64,000 bases of DNA, from positions 21,866 through 85,865 of IMG/VR virus record IMGVR_UViG_3300031730_000002. One strand, given 5' to 3'. Position numbers and translations under genes: made by a program. Below, piece by piece: positions 44,826 to 55,631 of this stretch. The notes beneath the pieces were generated by a model that was not told the DNA's origin, ran no database searches, and was given only the letters and a program-made list of their open reading frames with translations. Position 1 is the stretch's first letter, and each line of letters opens with the position of its first letter. The DNA comes from a virus.

Positions 44826-45137
44826 TCAAGTTGTTTCGGGCATGATGATGATCTCACCCACCTTCACACCCACCTCGACCTTGTCAGCGCCTCGCAAGCC
44901 CTCCATCAGCGACTTGCCGTTCAGGTCGATGATCGACAGCACGCGGCCGTTGACGGTCTTCTTGCAGACTGCGCGCCTGCCTTCGGGATGCAGCTTCAGG
45001 GTGATGCGCCCGTCGCTGTACGCTTCGGCGTCGTAGCGAGCACCCGGCACGAAGCCGTACTCGTTCAGGTCGAGCGTCTGAAAGTACAGGCGCGGAGCTT
45101 CGCGGTGGTAGCCCACCGCCTTCTTGAAAATCAGCAA
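44826..45137 (-). CDS. AbrB/SymE-like beta-barrel protein
   Basis: PRLYF...L..YGF.PG.RY...ITL; duplicated swapped-hairpin-like pattern. Confidence 0.45.
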   Translation of the reverse strand: MLIFKKAVGYHREAPRLYFQTLDLNEYGFVPGARYDAEAYSDGRITLKLHPEGRRAVCKKTVNGRVLSIIDLNGKSLMEGLRGADKVEVGVKVGEIIIMPETT

Positions 45138-45383
45138 GTCACTCTCCTTTAAAGTTTGTTTCGGCGGCTTAGCCGATGCTCTGGCTTTGTGTCTCGCGCA
45201 ACTTCCGCGCGATCAGCAGCGCTGCTACAGCTTCCTGCTTTTCGCGGAATGATGCGATTGCTCCGGCTGCGCCGAGCTTCTCCAGTTGCTCGATCAAGCC
45301 CTGCGAAACCGCAGCTTCGTGTTCGAGCCACGAGGCGAAGCGCTCGCGCTCCTGCTCTGTCAGTAACAGATCCATCTTCCCTC

Positions 45384-46298
45384 CTAGAGTTGCGCCTGCA
45401 GAGCAGACAAGACATCTCGCGCCACGGTCGGGCAGACCGCGTTGCCGAGCATATGGGTAGCCTCACGTTTGACCTTCGGCAGCACGATGTGATCGCCGAA
45501 GGACATGATCGCGCGGTTCTCGCTGGGCTGCAACACACGCATGTGCTTGCCGCGGATCACAGCCCAGCGATCGATCGTGGTCACGGTGCCGATGGGCCGC
45601 GACACGCTGCGACCCGTGGTGCCGCTGCCGCTGCCGTAGAAGGGCGCGACGAAGCGCTCGCCATAGCGCTCGCGCCCGCTGCGAATTCGCTCCAGCGTGG
45701 CAGCGCTGCGGCCTGGCTTGTCGATCTCCGTCCACGAGTGGGTGTCGTCCCACTTGATAAAGCCCTCGACCGCGACGTGCTCGCGCTTGGGCAAGCGAAG
45801 CTGCAGCGGGTGCTTGGTCTTCGTGATGACGATGAACACCCGCTCGCGGTGCTGCGGCACGCCGTGGTCTGCCGCGTCGACGATGTGTGGCGAGAGCTGG
45901 TAGCCGGCGATTTCCAGCGCCAGCTTCCACGCAGGGTACAGATCCCAGTCCAGGAACTCGGGCACGTTCTCGATCACGATCGGCTTGGCGTGGAACTCTG
46001 CGTAGTCGACGACAGCCCAAGCCGTCGAGCGCATCGCATCGTGCCGCGGCTTGTCGACGCCGCGCGCCTTCGAGTGGCCCTGGCAAGCCGGGGAGAAGAC
46101 GCCAATGTCGTGGGCAGGGAGCGAAGACCAGTCCAGGATGTGTGCGTCCTGGCACTCGACATGGGTGGCAGGGTGATTGACCTTGTGGTAGTGGCAGGCC
46201 TTGTCCCAGTGGTTGAAGGCGAAGACAGGCTCCATGCCTGCAAGGCGTGCGCCCTCACTGAATCCGCCGATGCCGGCGAAACCGTCGATGACTTTCAT
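45384..46298 (-). CDS. C5-cytosine DNA methyltransferase
   Basis: FAGIGG, SPACQGHS, ENV, Q.RERVF, LGNAV. Confidence 0.93.
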   Translation of the reverse strand: MKVIDGFAGIGGFSEGARLAGMEPVFAFNHWDKACHYHKVNHPATHVECQDAHILDWSSLPAHDIGVFSPACQGHSKARGVDKPRHDAMRSTAWAVVDYAEFHAKPIVIENVPEFLDWDLYPAWKLALEIAGYQLSPHIVDAADHGVPQHRERVFIVITKTKHPLQLRLPKREHVAVEGFIKWDDTHSWTEIDKPGRSAATLERIRSGRERYGERFVAPFYGSGSGTTGRSVSRPIGTVTTIDRWAVIRGKHMRVLQPSENRAIMSFGDHIVLPKVKREATHMLGNAVCPTVARDVLSALQAQL

Positions 46299-46323
46299 TG
46301 ATGTGTCCTTTCTAAGTTTTAGA

Positions 46324-48540
46324 TCACTTCTCGGCAGCGGCTCGATCCCACACATCGCGGTCAAACACCGCCCCGATGGTCGAGCGATGCTTGCGCAGCT
46401 CCAGGTAGGCTGCGTCCAGCTCGGCGCGCAGTGCTTCAGGGTATGCGTACTCGATCTCGCCGGCCACACGATGTCCTGGCGGCGGCGGCATGTCCTGCCA
46501 GTCCTTGCGCAGACCTGGAAGATGGGCGTAGTGGGTCGATGACCAGCGCCACGCCACCGGCTCTGCTCCCGCATCGGCTAGTGGGGCTGGCTGTGCCTTC
46601 GGCGCGGTCAGGGCCGCGCGAATCCACGCCTTCAGTTCGCTGCGCAGGATCTTCTTTCCGAAGACCGAAACGCGCGGCTCTTGCTGGTGCTCCATCATGT
46701 AGAGCGCTGCCGACAAAAGCTCTGGCAATTGGTCGGTGGGCGGCTCTGGCTGTGCTGGTGCGGAGGTGAGGGCGGCACGCAGGCGTTCGATTTCGTTTGC
46801 AGCCTCTTCGCACAACGCGATGCGATTCAAGCCGAATACCCCGCCACGAAGCCTTGCAACGATATCGCTCGGCTCCCCGACGTTGGTAGCGGTCATGTTG
46901 TCTGTTCCTTCATTCGGCGGATATTTGCCGATGGCCTTGCGGCAAATTTCGATGCAACCCTGGGTACGGCATTCGCCGCAGTCAACGAGGCTCACGGTGT
47001 CTGCTCCTTCGGTGTTGTTTGTTGCGAGGGGGTGGGCTTTCTCGGCCAGTCTGGGTGCGTGTAGACCCAGGCATACGCGACTGCCGAGTAAATGAAGTCC
47101 AGAGCATTTGGGTCGTGCCCAGACAGGATTCGTCCGGCTGGCAAAACACAGGCGACAAACACGGAAGCCAACCAACGCAACGCGCTCATGACTTCACCTC
47201 TGGAACTGCGAGGGTGGCCGCAAGAAGTCTGTGCGCCTCGCACTTGTGTTCGTGACTCGCGCCGCCGTAGACCTTGCTGTGCCAGCACCCGCACGCTGCC
47301 ACGCCCATTTCGCCCATCGTCTGCGGAAGGCTTTCTCTCGTCGCCGCAGCGAGCGCATCACGCAGCCGTTCAACCTCGCTGTCGTGGCCGGCTGCCTTGA
47401 GCAACGCTCGCGCGAATTGCCGGTAACCCCAAGACTTCAAGAAGCCTTGAGCGCCATCGGGCATCGCGTTGAAAACCACATCGATCTGGTCATCGCTCAC
47501 TACTTCTTCTCCTGCTCTGGTGCGGGTGGGGCGGGAGGCAGGGGCCATTCGTGCTCGGTGACGGTGATGCTTCGCTGGCGGTCGGTATTGCCGCTCAAGC
47601 CTTCCACAGCAAGAAGGTGCAACCGCATGCGCTCGCCGTCTTCCTTGCGAGAGAACCAAATGGCGTTGTTGGCGTCGGAGCACCAACTGGCGTGGCGGCC
47701 CGGCTCATAGTTGAAGCCCCACCACTGTGGCCCATAGCCGTGTGCCTGCCACTCGATCAGCCATGCGCGCTCGCCCGCCTGCTCTGGCACGGTGGGCCAG
47801 CCCATAGCAGCGGCAATGGCGGTGCGGGCAGTTGCGATCCAGTGCGTAGGGCCGGTCTTCGATTCGTCCAGCCCGTCGTACTCAATGCTCTGGTGGATGG
47901 CTTCTTGAAGCGCGGTCACCAACTGCTTCACGAGCGCAGCCGCCTCGAACCTCTCCCGCTCGGTTTGCGCTGCGTGTGCGGCAATACCAGCACGCCGAAA
48001 CTCGCGCATCTGGTCGGCGGTGAACAACTCGACCGGCCACCATTGAGGCGGCACGGGGAATAGGTCGATGCAGAAATCACCGTTGCTGTGCATGTGCCCG
48101 ACACGCGCAGGCAACGGTGGCAGCGCAGCCACCTCGAACTCTGCGGGGGTGGCTGCGCGCTCTTGGGCGGCTTGGTTCATTGCTCTCTCCTTGGTCATAG
48201 TCCTTGGTCCGCCAGATACTCGGCACACATCAGCGCAAAGCAGTCACAGTCAAAATCGGGCGTGAGATCGAACAGCAGCCCGAACTCCTGCTCGATCCAG
48301 CACTGCGCAGTGAGCAGCATGGTCGAGTGCTCGTACTCCATCCGCAATGCCTGCTCGCGCAGTGCCGATGACAGCGGGCCGTACTCCAGATGCGCGTCGT
48401 CGGGGTGAATGCGGAACGAGGTGTGGCCTGGATAGCCCAACCACGAGATAGAACAAACCCACCACTGTTGCCCGTCATGGGCGTCGTGAAAGCCATAGTG
48501 TTGAATTCGCGCACCGCGTGCCCACGCAAACTTAAGTCGT
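46324..48540 (-). other. Cluster of mosaic ead/ea22-like small genes
   Basis: EAANEIERLR, AEPVAW, LFTADQMR modules; codon usage differs from flanks. Confidence 0.5.
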
Positions 48541-49839
48541 TCGATGTTCACAGTACGTAGTCCGCGGTGATGTTCTCGTCCTGCGTCCAGCCCGCCTCGA
48601 ACATGTAGTCGTTGGCGATCTCTTCGGCCTCGTGCTCGTCTAACCGCAGGCCGGGGATGTGCGACCAGACCGCGCACCAGACGATGTTGAAGCCAACGGC
48701 ATAGCCCACGAAGCGGGCATTTTCCGGCGCCTCGTCCGGCCGGCGCGGGCTCAGCGCGTCGTCGACCGCCCACGTTGCCTTGATCTTCTCTCGCATCAGT
48801 TCCATGTGATTTCCTTCCAGTCTTCGGGGTCGTCGAACTTGGCCTTGGCGTTGTCAGCCTGCACCAGCCAGCTCTGCTTGAACTCGTTGCTCTGGTACAG
48901 CTTGAAAGGTACGCCGTTGGCCAAGCAGTACTCGACCAAGACCCAAAACTGCCCGCCTGTCCAGCTGCCGTAGACCCCGGTGTGCCGGAAGGTCTCGATC
49001 AGCCGATTAGCTCCTGTGTACGTGGGCCGGGCCAGCACCTTGTGCGGTAGGTTGGCCAGCGTGCGCTGCGACGGCTCGGCGCGCGTCCTGCCGTCACCGA
49101 TGAACGGCGCGAACTGCGGCGGCTTCTTCCATGCCATTGTTCATGCCCAAGTAAAGGTGAGCAACTCGCAGAGCTGCCCGTTGAAGTTGCCGAACGAGAC
49201 GTTCTCGCAGGCTCGTGGTTTCGCGTCGATGTGGTTGGCCTGCCAGTCTTTGACGATGGCCAGCTCTTCGGGAGTCAGGCCGGTGGCGTCGGAGTACATC
49301 AAAAATCCGCACCAGAAGGCGGGGAGCTTGTGCTGGACGAGGGCGGTCACGTGTAGAACCCTCGCTCTTTCAGCAGCAAGTAGATCTCCATGAAGGCCTT
49401 CACCTCCTGCTTGGCCAAGTCGATCTCCTGGATCGGCGTGCCGGGCACCTGGTTGTAGGGTTGACCGCCGCGCTGGTAGCAAAGCGCCTCCGCGATCATG
49501 TGGACATCACTTTCTGAGACGTAGATCATTTAGCTCTCCTGTCGTTCATCTCCATGCCAGCCAGCATACCGCCCGCCATCGCAAGCATCGCGCCGAAGCG
49601 GTAGCGGCTGACCGTCATCGCATGTTGCTGCTTCTCCATCAACTCGCGCGCTGCCGGCGGCAGTGCCTCGATCTCAGCGCGGCGCCGTGCCTGCTCTTCC
49701 TCGATCGCTGCCTTCTGCAGCGCAGCGTGCGTGGCGATGCGGGCCTTCGCATTCGCGACACGCTCATCCCGCTTCAGGATGTTGCGCATCATCGCCAGCC
49801 GCTCACGCTCAGCGTGGGACAGTTTGTGTTTCTTGGTCA

Positions 49840-50064
49840 TCAGAAGTGTTCCTCGTTGGGTTTGCGGGCGGCCTCGACCAAGTCGCGGACCTGCTGTTCG
49901 AGCGTGGCGACACGCTGCTCAAGCGTGGGGCGGGTGCGCAGCCACTCCAACGCCTTGTCGACATCGCCGTCACTGTGCACCAGCGCCCGTTTGCACTCCA
50001 TCAGCGGCTCGCTGGTGATCTCCTGCAGGTCGCGACACATTTGCGCCGTGATGTGGGCGGGCAT
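49840..50064 (-). CDS. EF-Ts N-terminal (UBA-like) domain protein with coiled-coil tail
   Basis: ITAQMCRDLQEITSEPLMECKRALVHSDGDVDKALEWLR; TGATG overlap start. Confidence 0.8.
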   Translation of the reverse strand: MPAHITAQMCRDLQEITSEPLMECKRALVHSDGDVDKALEWLRTRPTLEQRVATLEQQVRDLVEAARKPNEEHF

Positions 50065-51831
50065 CACGGCAGCGTCTCCGCGTCGGCGAGTTCCTTGGCC
50101 CTTTCGACCAGGGTAGCGAGAACATGCGCATGATCGAAGCGCGGCGAAGGCATCTGCGCTAGCTCGCGCACGAAGTCCTTGTACTCGTGGAAGCCTGGTG
50201 CAGGCGCCGACAGCAGCAGAGGGAACGCCTTGTTCAGCCTTGCTTGGTTGGTACTGTCGGCCACCAGCCATGCGTCGGCCAGCTTGGCAGCGAAGCCGCC
50301 TTGGCCGCCGCGAGCAAGGCGGCAGACGTGGTCGTGAAGTCGTGAGTTCATGGGGTCTCCTGGTCAGGTAAGCGTCCAGTCTTCTCGAACTGCGCGTCGT
50401 AGGCTTGACGCAGCTCGAAAGCCATGTAGCCGGTCTTCACAGCGATCTTGCACACGGCGTCGGGAAACTCCATGCCTGACGTGATCAGATCGTTGAGCTG
50501 TCGCAGCGCGGAGCGCAAGCCGGGGCTGTACTCAGAACTCGTCATCGGGCATCTCCTTGTCGCAGATGGCACACACGAAGCGGCCTTCGCCGTAGTGCTG
50601 GTAGTCGTGGCCAGCCCAGCCGCACAGCGTCTGGTTGATCCAGGTGAGGAAGCGCATGATCACAGGTGTTTCTCCAGAACGATTCGCGCCTTTTCGCTGC
50701 CGCCCTTCTTGTCGAAGAGGCTCTTCAGCTCGGGCGTGCAGCGAAGAGAGATGCGGGCCGAGTGCTCGGGCTTGCCGTGTGGCGCTCGGGTCTTGGGTCG
50801 GTGTTGGGTTTGTTTCAAAGCAGCATCTCCTTTGCGTCACGACCGACACTCAACAGAATCAGGATGCCTTCGCGGAACGGCACACCAGCGGCCTTGGCCG
50901 CGGTGCAGCAGCCCATGAAGAACTCCATCTGCGCCTTGGCGTGAGTCACGGTGCCGGGCTTGAAGCCCTGCGTCTTGCGCCGCGTCAGCCACTGCTCGAT
51001 GCAGGCGTTGGTGATGTCAGCCGGCATCTTTGATCGCTCCCAACTCGTCCACGATATTCGCGAAGATCATGTGCTGACCTTGAAGAAAGTACTCAAAGCC
51101 TTCCTCGAAGATCTCGACCAGTACTAGACGCTGGCCGACCATGAAGCACTCGATCTTCACGATGCTGGTGTTCTCTGGTCCAGGCATGCTCCACATGCAG
51201 CGAGCATCAAGCATGTTGAGCATGCCATTCAGCGCCGCTAGGCGGCGGGTTTGGGTGGGGCTCATTGGTTACCTCGAAAAGAGTTGGCAAGGACTGACAG
51301 CGCAACAGCCACAAGGCCCGACGCGACCACCTTGGCGATGTCAGGCGTTGCGGCGCTGGCCATGTACAGACAGATCACCGTCTGCACGACAGACGCGCAG
51401 GTAAAGCCGGCGTGTGCTGGTCTCATTTGGTCTCCTTGAAAGCCACCGCGAGGATGGCAAAAGTAACGCCTGCGAGAGCGCAGGCCTCCACCTTCTCTAT
51501 CTCAGGCATCTCACCTCCTGTGAAGCCGTAGGCCGCGATCGTCGAGAGCAGCGCTGCGAGAGCGTAGATCGTTCGTATCGGGAAGGTCATAGCAGCCCCA
51601 TCTCTTTCAACGCTTCCCTGGTTGTGATGTAGTCCTGGTTGAGTGTTCCAATCGCGAGATGATCAGCGTGCATGCGCTGAAGCGCCGCGATAGCGATATT
51701 GCCTTTGTCGTAGCTGTTCAGCCTGTCGGCCAGAAACTCAAGCGCCTCTCTCGGCATGCCACGAATCTGAATCAGCAGCCCTGAGTCGGTCTCCACCTCA
51801 AGTCTGCTCGAATCGACAACGATCGCAGCCT

Positions 51832-52638
51832 TCATTGCTGTGCCTTTCTCAATGCCAGCTTCTCAGCCAGCGTCAGGGGGCGTCCATAGACGCGGGTGTT
51901 GTCGGCGGCCACGTCACCCACCACCGGCGCTGCCTTGGCCACCAGCACGCCGTGGTTGAGCGCGTCGACAGGGGCAGGGATGGGATCGGGCGGTCTCAGA
52001 TCGAGCGTCTGCATCGGTCCTGCGGCCTTGAAGACCCCCACCTGTGCTGGCACAGTCTTGACCGGCTCTCGTGGATACTCCTTGAACTCGGCATCGACCC
52101 GCAGCGGCGGGTTGTTGACGGTCACGAGCGGGCGGCGCACCAGCAGGCTCTTGCGTGGTGGCGCGATCTCGACATCGGTCTTGATGACCTGCGGCAAGTC
52201 GCTGATCTTGGTGGGCGGCATGTCGCCGATCTGCACGCCTCCTTCCGGCACTAGCTGGATGACTGCCTTGATCAGCTCCTTTGTTGCGCCTGCAGGCGCT
52301 GCTGCGGGCTCGGGCACCACCTCGCGCGCCAGCTGCCGATCGGTCGCTGACGTGCCGGCGCTGATGACCTGGTCGACAGCTTGCTCGTGCCCTGTCTTCG
52401 GGCCGGGCGGCCACTTGATTCGAGACCATGGCGGCGTCTTGTGTCGCGTCGCATCGTGGCTGTGGTCCTCGTCAGCCCAGCGCCTGACCGTGTGGCCAGG
52501 ATAGCCGTGCTCCGCAAGGCTACCGGCCGTGTGCTCCGACATGCACAGGCTGATGGTCGGACAAAGCACGCCGTCGCTGATGAGGCCCCAGCCGTGCTCG
52601 CCCTTGTATTCGACGAGACAGGTTTCAATGATTGCCAT
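51832..52638 (-). CDS. Hypothetical protein with Pro-rich disordered C-terminus
   Basis: GAGG RBS; 268-aa ORF. Confidence 0.6.
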   Translation of the reverse strand: MAIIETCLVEYKGEHGWGLISDGVLCPTISLCMSEHTAGSLAEHGYPGHTVRRWADEDHSHDATRHKTPPWSRIKWPPGPKTGHEQAVDQVISAGTSATDRQLAREVVPEPAAAPAGATKELIKAVIQLVPEGGVQIGDMPPTKISDLPQVIKTDVEIAPPRKSLLVRRPLVTVNNPPLRVDAEFKEYPREPVKTVPAQVGVFKAAGPMQTLDLRPPDPIPAPVDALNHGVLVAKAAPVVGDVAADNTRVYGRPLTLAEKLALRKAQQ

Positions 52639-52641
52639 CGC

Positions 52642-52869
52642 TCAGCCCTCTGCGACAACCGCGACCAGCGTGATCTTGCCTTGCTGCACTTCTGTGGTGG
52701 TCGTGCTGTGCGGGCAGCGTGCGACAGTCATCGTGTAGCCTCCTGAATTCTCAACACGGAAGACCTTGCAGTCAGCAAGCTCGGGCGGCATCGCCAAGAA
52801 CTTGATCTCTCGTGAGGTTTCGCTGCACGCAGCCAGCAAACCGCACAGCAGCAGGATGAGCAGCTTCAC
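52642..52869 (-). CDS. Small lipoprotein
   Basis: MKLLILLLCGLLAAC lipobox; two further Cys. Confidence 0.75.
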   Translation of the reverse strand: MKLLILLLCGLLAACSETSREIKFLAMPPELADCKVFRVENSGGYTMTVARCPHSTTTTEVQQGKITLVAVVAEG

Positions 52870-53198
52870 AGCGTCGGCTCCTTCGGTGCTTGCACGCGAG
52901 CGCCGGCCGTCAGGCGCAACACTGCGTTGATGAAGTCGGGGCGCAGGCCTTGCTTGCGCATCTGCTGCACCGTGGCCACGGTGCCCTTCTGCGCCTCGCG
53001 GGTCTGCCAGTGCCGCGCCGTCACGGCGCCGATCAGCGCAAGGCTGCGCACCTCGTCGAGCGTCAGGGTGGTGGGGATGCCGTTGTCGCGGCGGGTGAAG
53101 GTGATCTGCGGTTTGGGCGTGCTGAAGTCGCGCGGCGTCTTCAGCAGGGTCACGAATGCTTGCGGGGTCATTGGAGTGTTCCTTTAAAGTGAGAGAAG

Positions 53199-53228
53199 AC
53201 TTTACAGGTCTTCTCGGTCAGATGTCAA
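53199..53228 (-). promoter_or_regulatory. Putative promoter with -10 enclosed by an inverted repeat
   Basis: TTGACA-N18-TAAAGT; GAGAAGAC/GTCTTCTC arms at 53193 and 53208. Confidence 0.5.
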
Positions 53229-53474
53229 ACTTCTCGCCGAAGATTTCCTTCCAGTCTTTGCGCAGTGTGTCGGCCGAAGCGACCACGAAGATGCCGGAGA
53301 TGTTCTGCAGCATGAGGTGGTGCTTGAAGGATGGGTAGTCCTTGGTCGGCACGGTCTTCACATCACGCTCATAGCCCATCCGCGGCAAGTCGTTGCCTTC
53401 ACCGATCAGCTTCTGCGCTGCGGCTTTGGAGATGCGGGCTTCGTACTCGACGCCGAAGCCGGTGATAGATCGCG

Positions 53475-54110
53475 TCACACCAGCACCCCGCTCTCGGTGA
53501 ACTCGTGGCCGTTGCTTTCGCAGATCTCCTTGAAGTTCTCGAACGAAGTCAGGAACTCGTGCTCCTTCTCCAGTTGACGGTACAGCCAGTTCGCAAGGTC
53601 GCGCAGCAAGCGCTGCACGTCTAACTCGTCAGTGGCGGTGACGCTCGGCGGATCGATCAGCCCCACGCTCATCGTGTTCGAGTGGCAGTACATGCTGCCC
53701 AAGCTCGTGATCTCGGCAACAACTTTGTAGAAGTGCTTCTTCTGAATGTCGAACAGCGCGTCGGTGATGCGGTGCAGCTCGGCGTCTTCTGGAGCATGCT
53801 CGCGGATCTTCTTCTTGCTCTCCTTACCGTAGCGATAGTGGCCGAAGAAGCTGGCGCCGTCGCCCTGGCTCCAGAAGCCGGAGAAGTAGATCTTCGGCTC
53901 TCTGCGCTCCTTGCCGTTCATCAGCTTGACGCTCTTGCTGGCGAGATCGATACCGATGATCTCGCAGATGGTCTCGAAGTCGTTGTAGGTGTACTCCCAC
54001 CAATCGTAGCCCGGCTCATCTACCATGTACTTCTCGCAGGCCTTCTGCTGCACGGCCTCGGGCAGTTCGTGCAGGAGGTAGACGGTGCGGGTGCGGGTCT
54101 CAGTTCTCAT
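53475..54110 (-). CDS. Acidic mobile-element protein (IYFSGFWSQGDGASF family)
   Basis: Recognisable motif; ATGA overlap start. Confidence 0.65.
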   Translation of the reverse strand: MRTETRTRTVYLLHELPEAVQQKACEKYMVDEPGYDWWEYTYNDFETICEIIGIDLASKSVKLMNGKERREPKIYFSGFWSQGDGASFFGHYRYGKESKKKIREHAPEDAELHRITDALFDIQKKHFYKVVAEITSLGSMYCHSNTMSVGLIDPPSVTATDELDVQRLLRDLANWLYRQLEKEHEFLTSFENFKEICESNGHEFTESGVLV

Positions 54111-54551
54111 TGGCAGTCCTCGCAGTAGCGCTGGCGCGCAGGGATGATGTTGCAGCAGCCGTTGCACTCGTGCATGGCCTCGCTGCAACCGGTCTCGTGG
54201 CATGGCGTGCCGTTGATGACACAAGCCTCGCAGCTGTGGCAGCGAACGCGGTACTGCTTCGTGAAGGGGATGTGCGTGGAGTCGGCGAAGCCGAGCACAC
54301 GCAGGTCGGTGAGGTTCATGCTTTTCTCCAGTGAGCGCGCTCGAACCAAATTCTGTAGTCTTGATCGGACGCGGGTTTGATGTTGTCGTGGCTGACGAAG
54401 ACCGTGCCGCCCATGCACTGCGTGCCGTGGTAGCCCTTGGCGCCTTCATGCAGCGACGTGATCATCACGAGCGCTGTCGAGCCGGACTCGTAGCGCCAAA
54501 GCGTGTTCATCGGCAGCGGGTACGGCTCGGGGTTGGTTCCATAGCGGTAGC

Positions 54552-55193
54552 TCACGCTGCTGTCCTCCATTTGCGGTTCTCACGATCCCGAAGATAGCTG
54601 CTGATCTTGCACAGCCGTTCGAGCTTGTCGTTGTAGACCATGTTCTCGAACTCGCCGTTGCCGCGGTCGCTCTCCATCAGGCTCAGCTCAGCCCAGCTGT
54701 CGAAGCCATCAGAAGTGTCGGTCTCCTGCTCGGCGTAGGCCGACAGCAGACAGTAGAGCTGGTTGTGGTCCCACTCCGCGATGTCGCCCCATGTGTCGAT
54801 GTCGGGGCTGTAGAAGGAGCAGAAGCCGGAGCGACTGGTGAACATCTCGCGAGCTTGATCGCGCAGATTCTTGTCGTTGGTCTCGCCGAGGATGCGTCGC
54901 GCCTCAGCCTCGGTCATCTCGATCCAGACCCTGTCCGTTTCGAAGTTGTACTCACGCGGGCTGGTCATCGACTCGAAGACACCGGCGATCTTGAAGTGAT
55001 GGCAGAAGTTCTCGGCGTAGGCCTTGGCGTAGTCCTTGTGCGCCTGGCTCCAGTCGACGAGATCGAAGGCGCGTTCGATGAGGGGGCCGTTCGGGTTGCC
55101 TGACTCGTCGCTGAGCATCATGTTGAGCGCGTCATCGAGTTCGTGGTCGTGCACCGAGTGGTAGAAGCCTGCGAAGGGGATTCGAGCGATCAT
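54552..55193 (-). CDS. Acidic hypothetical phage protein
   Basis: IPF.GFY, SPREYNF.TD, FTSRSGF.SFY. Confidence 0.65.
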   Translation of the reverse strand: MIARIPFAGFYHSVHDHELDDALNMMLSDESGNPNGPLIERAFDLVDWSQAHKDYAKAYAENFCHHFKIAGVFESMTSPREYNFETDRVWIEMTEAEARRILGETNDKNLRDQAREMFTSRSGFCSFYSPDIDTWGDIAEWDHNQLYCLLSAYAEQETDTSDGFDSWAELSLMESDRGNGEFENMVYNDKLERLCKISSYLRDRENRKWRTAA

Positions 55194-55322
55194 GTGAGGT
55201 TCTCCCTTGCGCAATGTGCGCAGGTTTGTGGTTCAACTTCTTCAGTGTCGTCAGACTGGTTCAACCGGCGCAGGCAGAAGTAGCAGTACAGCAGATACTG
55301 AAACTCTTCGGGGCCGTCGTCA

Positions 55323-55631
55323 TCAGGCATCAACGTCATCGTCGTCACCGTACATCTCCTTGAGGTAGAAGATTGCCGCTTCCTCGCTCTCGTGAGCAGA
55401 CCAGTCGGTGCAGTCCATGAAGCCCGGCGCCGACATGCGAGCGACCCAGCCTTCCTTCACAGGCACCAACTCGTCTTCATCATTCGGCGTGCCTTCCAGG
55501 TAGTCGAGGAAGGCCGACACGTCGGTGGCGCAAGTGCGGCCGATCACGCCTGCCGGCACGATCTCGGTGCCGATGCTCGTCTCGATCTCGAAGTAGTGGT
55601 CGTGGTAGACCTGCGGTTGCATGAATGCCAT
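55323..55631 (-). CDS. Very acidic small protein
   Basis: SAPGFMDCTDW; D/E-rich. Confidence 0.6.
   Translation of the reverse strand: MAFMQPQVYHDHYFEIETSIGTEIVPAGVIGRTCATDVSAFLDYLEGTPNDEDELVPVKEGWVARMSAPGFMDCTDWSAHESEEAAIFYLKEMYGDDDDVDA

Noticed and set aside
51266-51590. Apparent non-coding gap
   Set aside because: Filled by two 2-TM ORFs shorter than 60 aa on the minus strand, below the ORF-track cutoff
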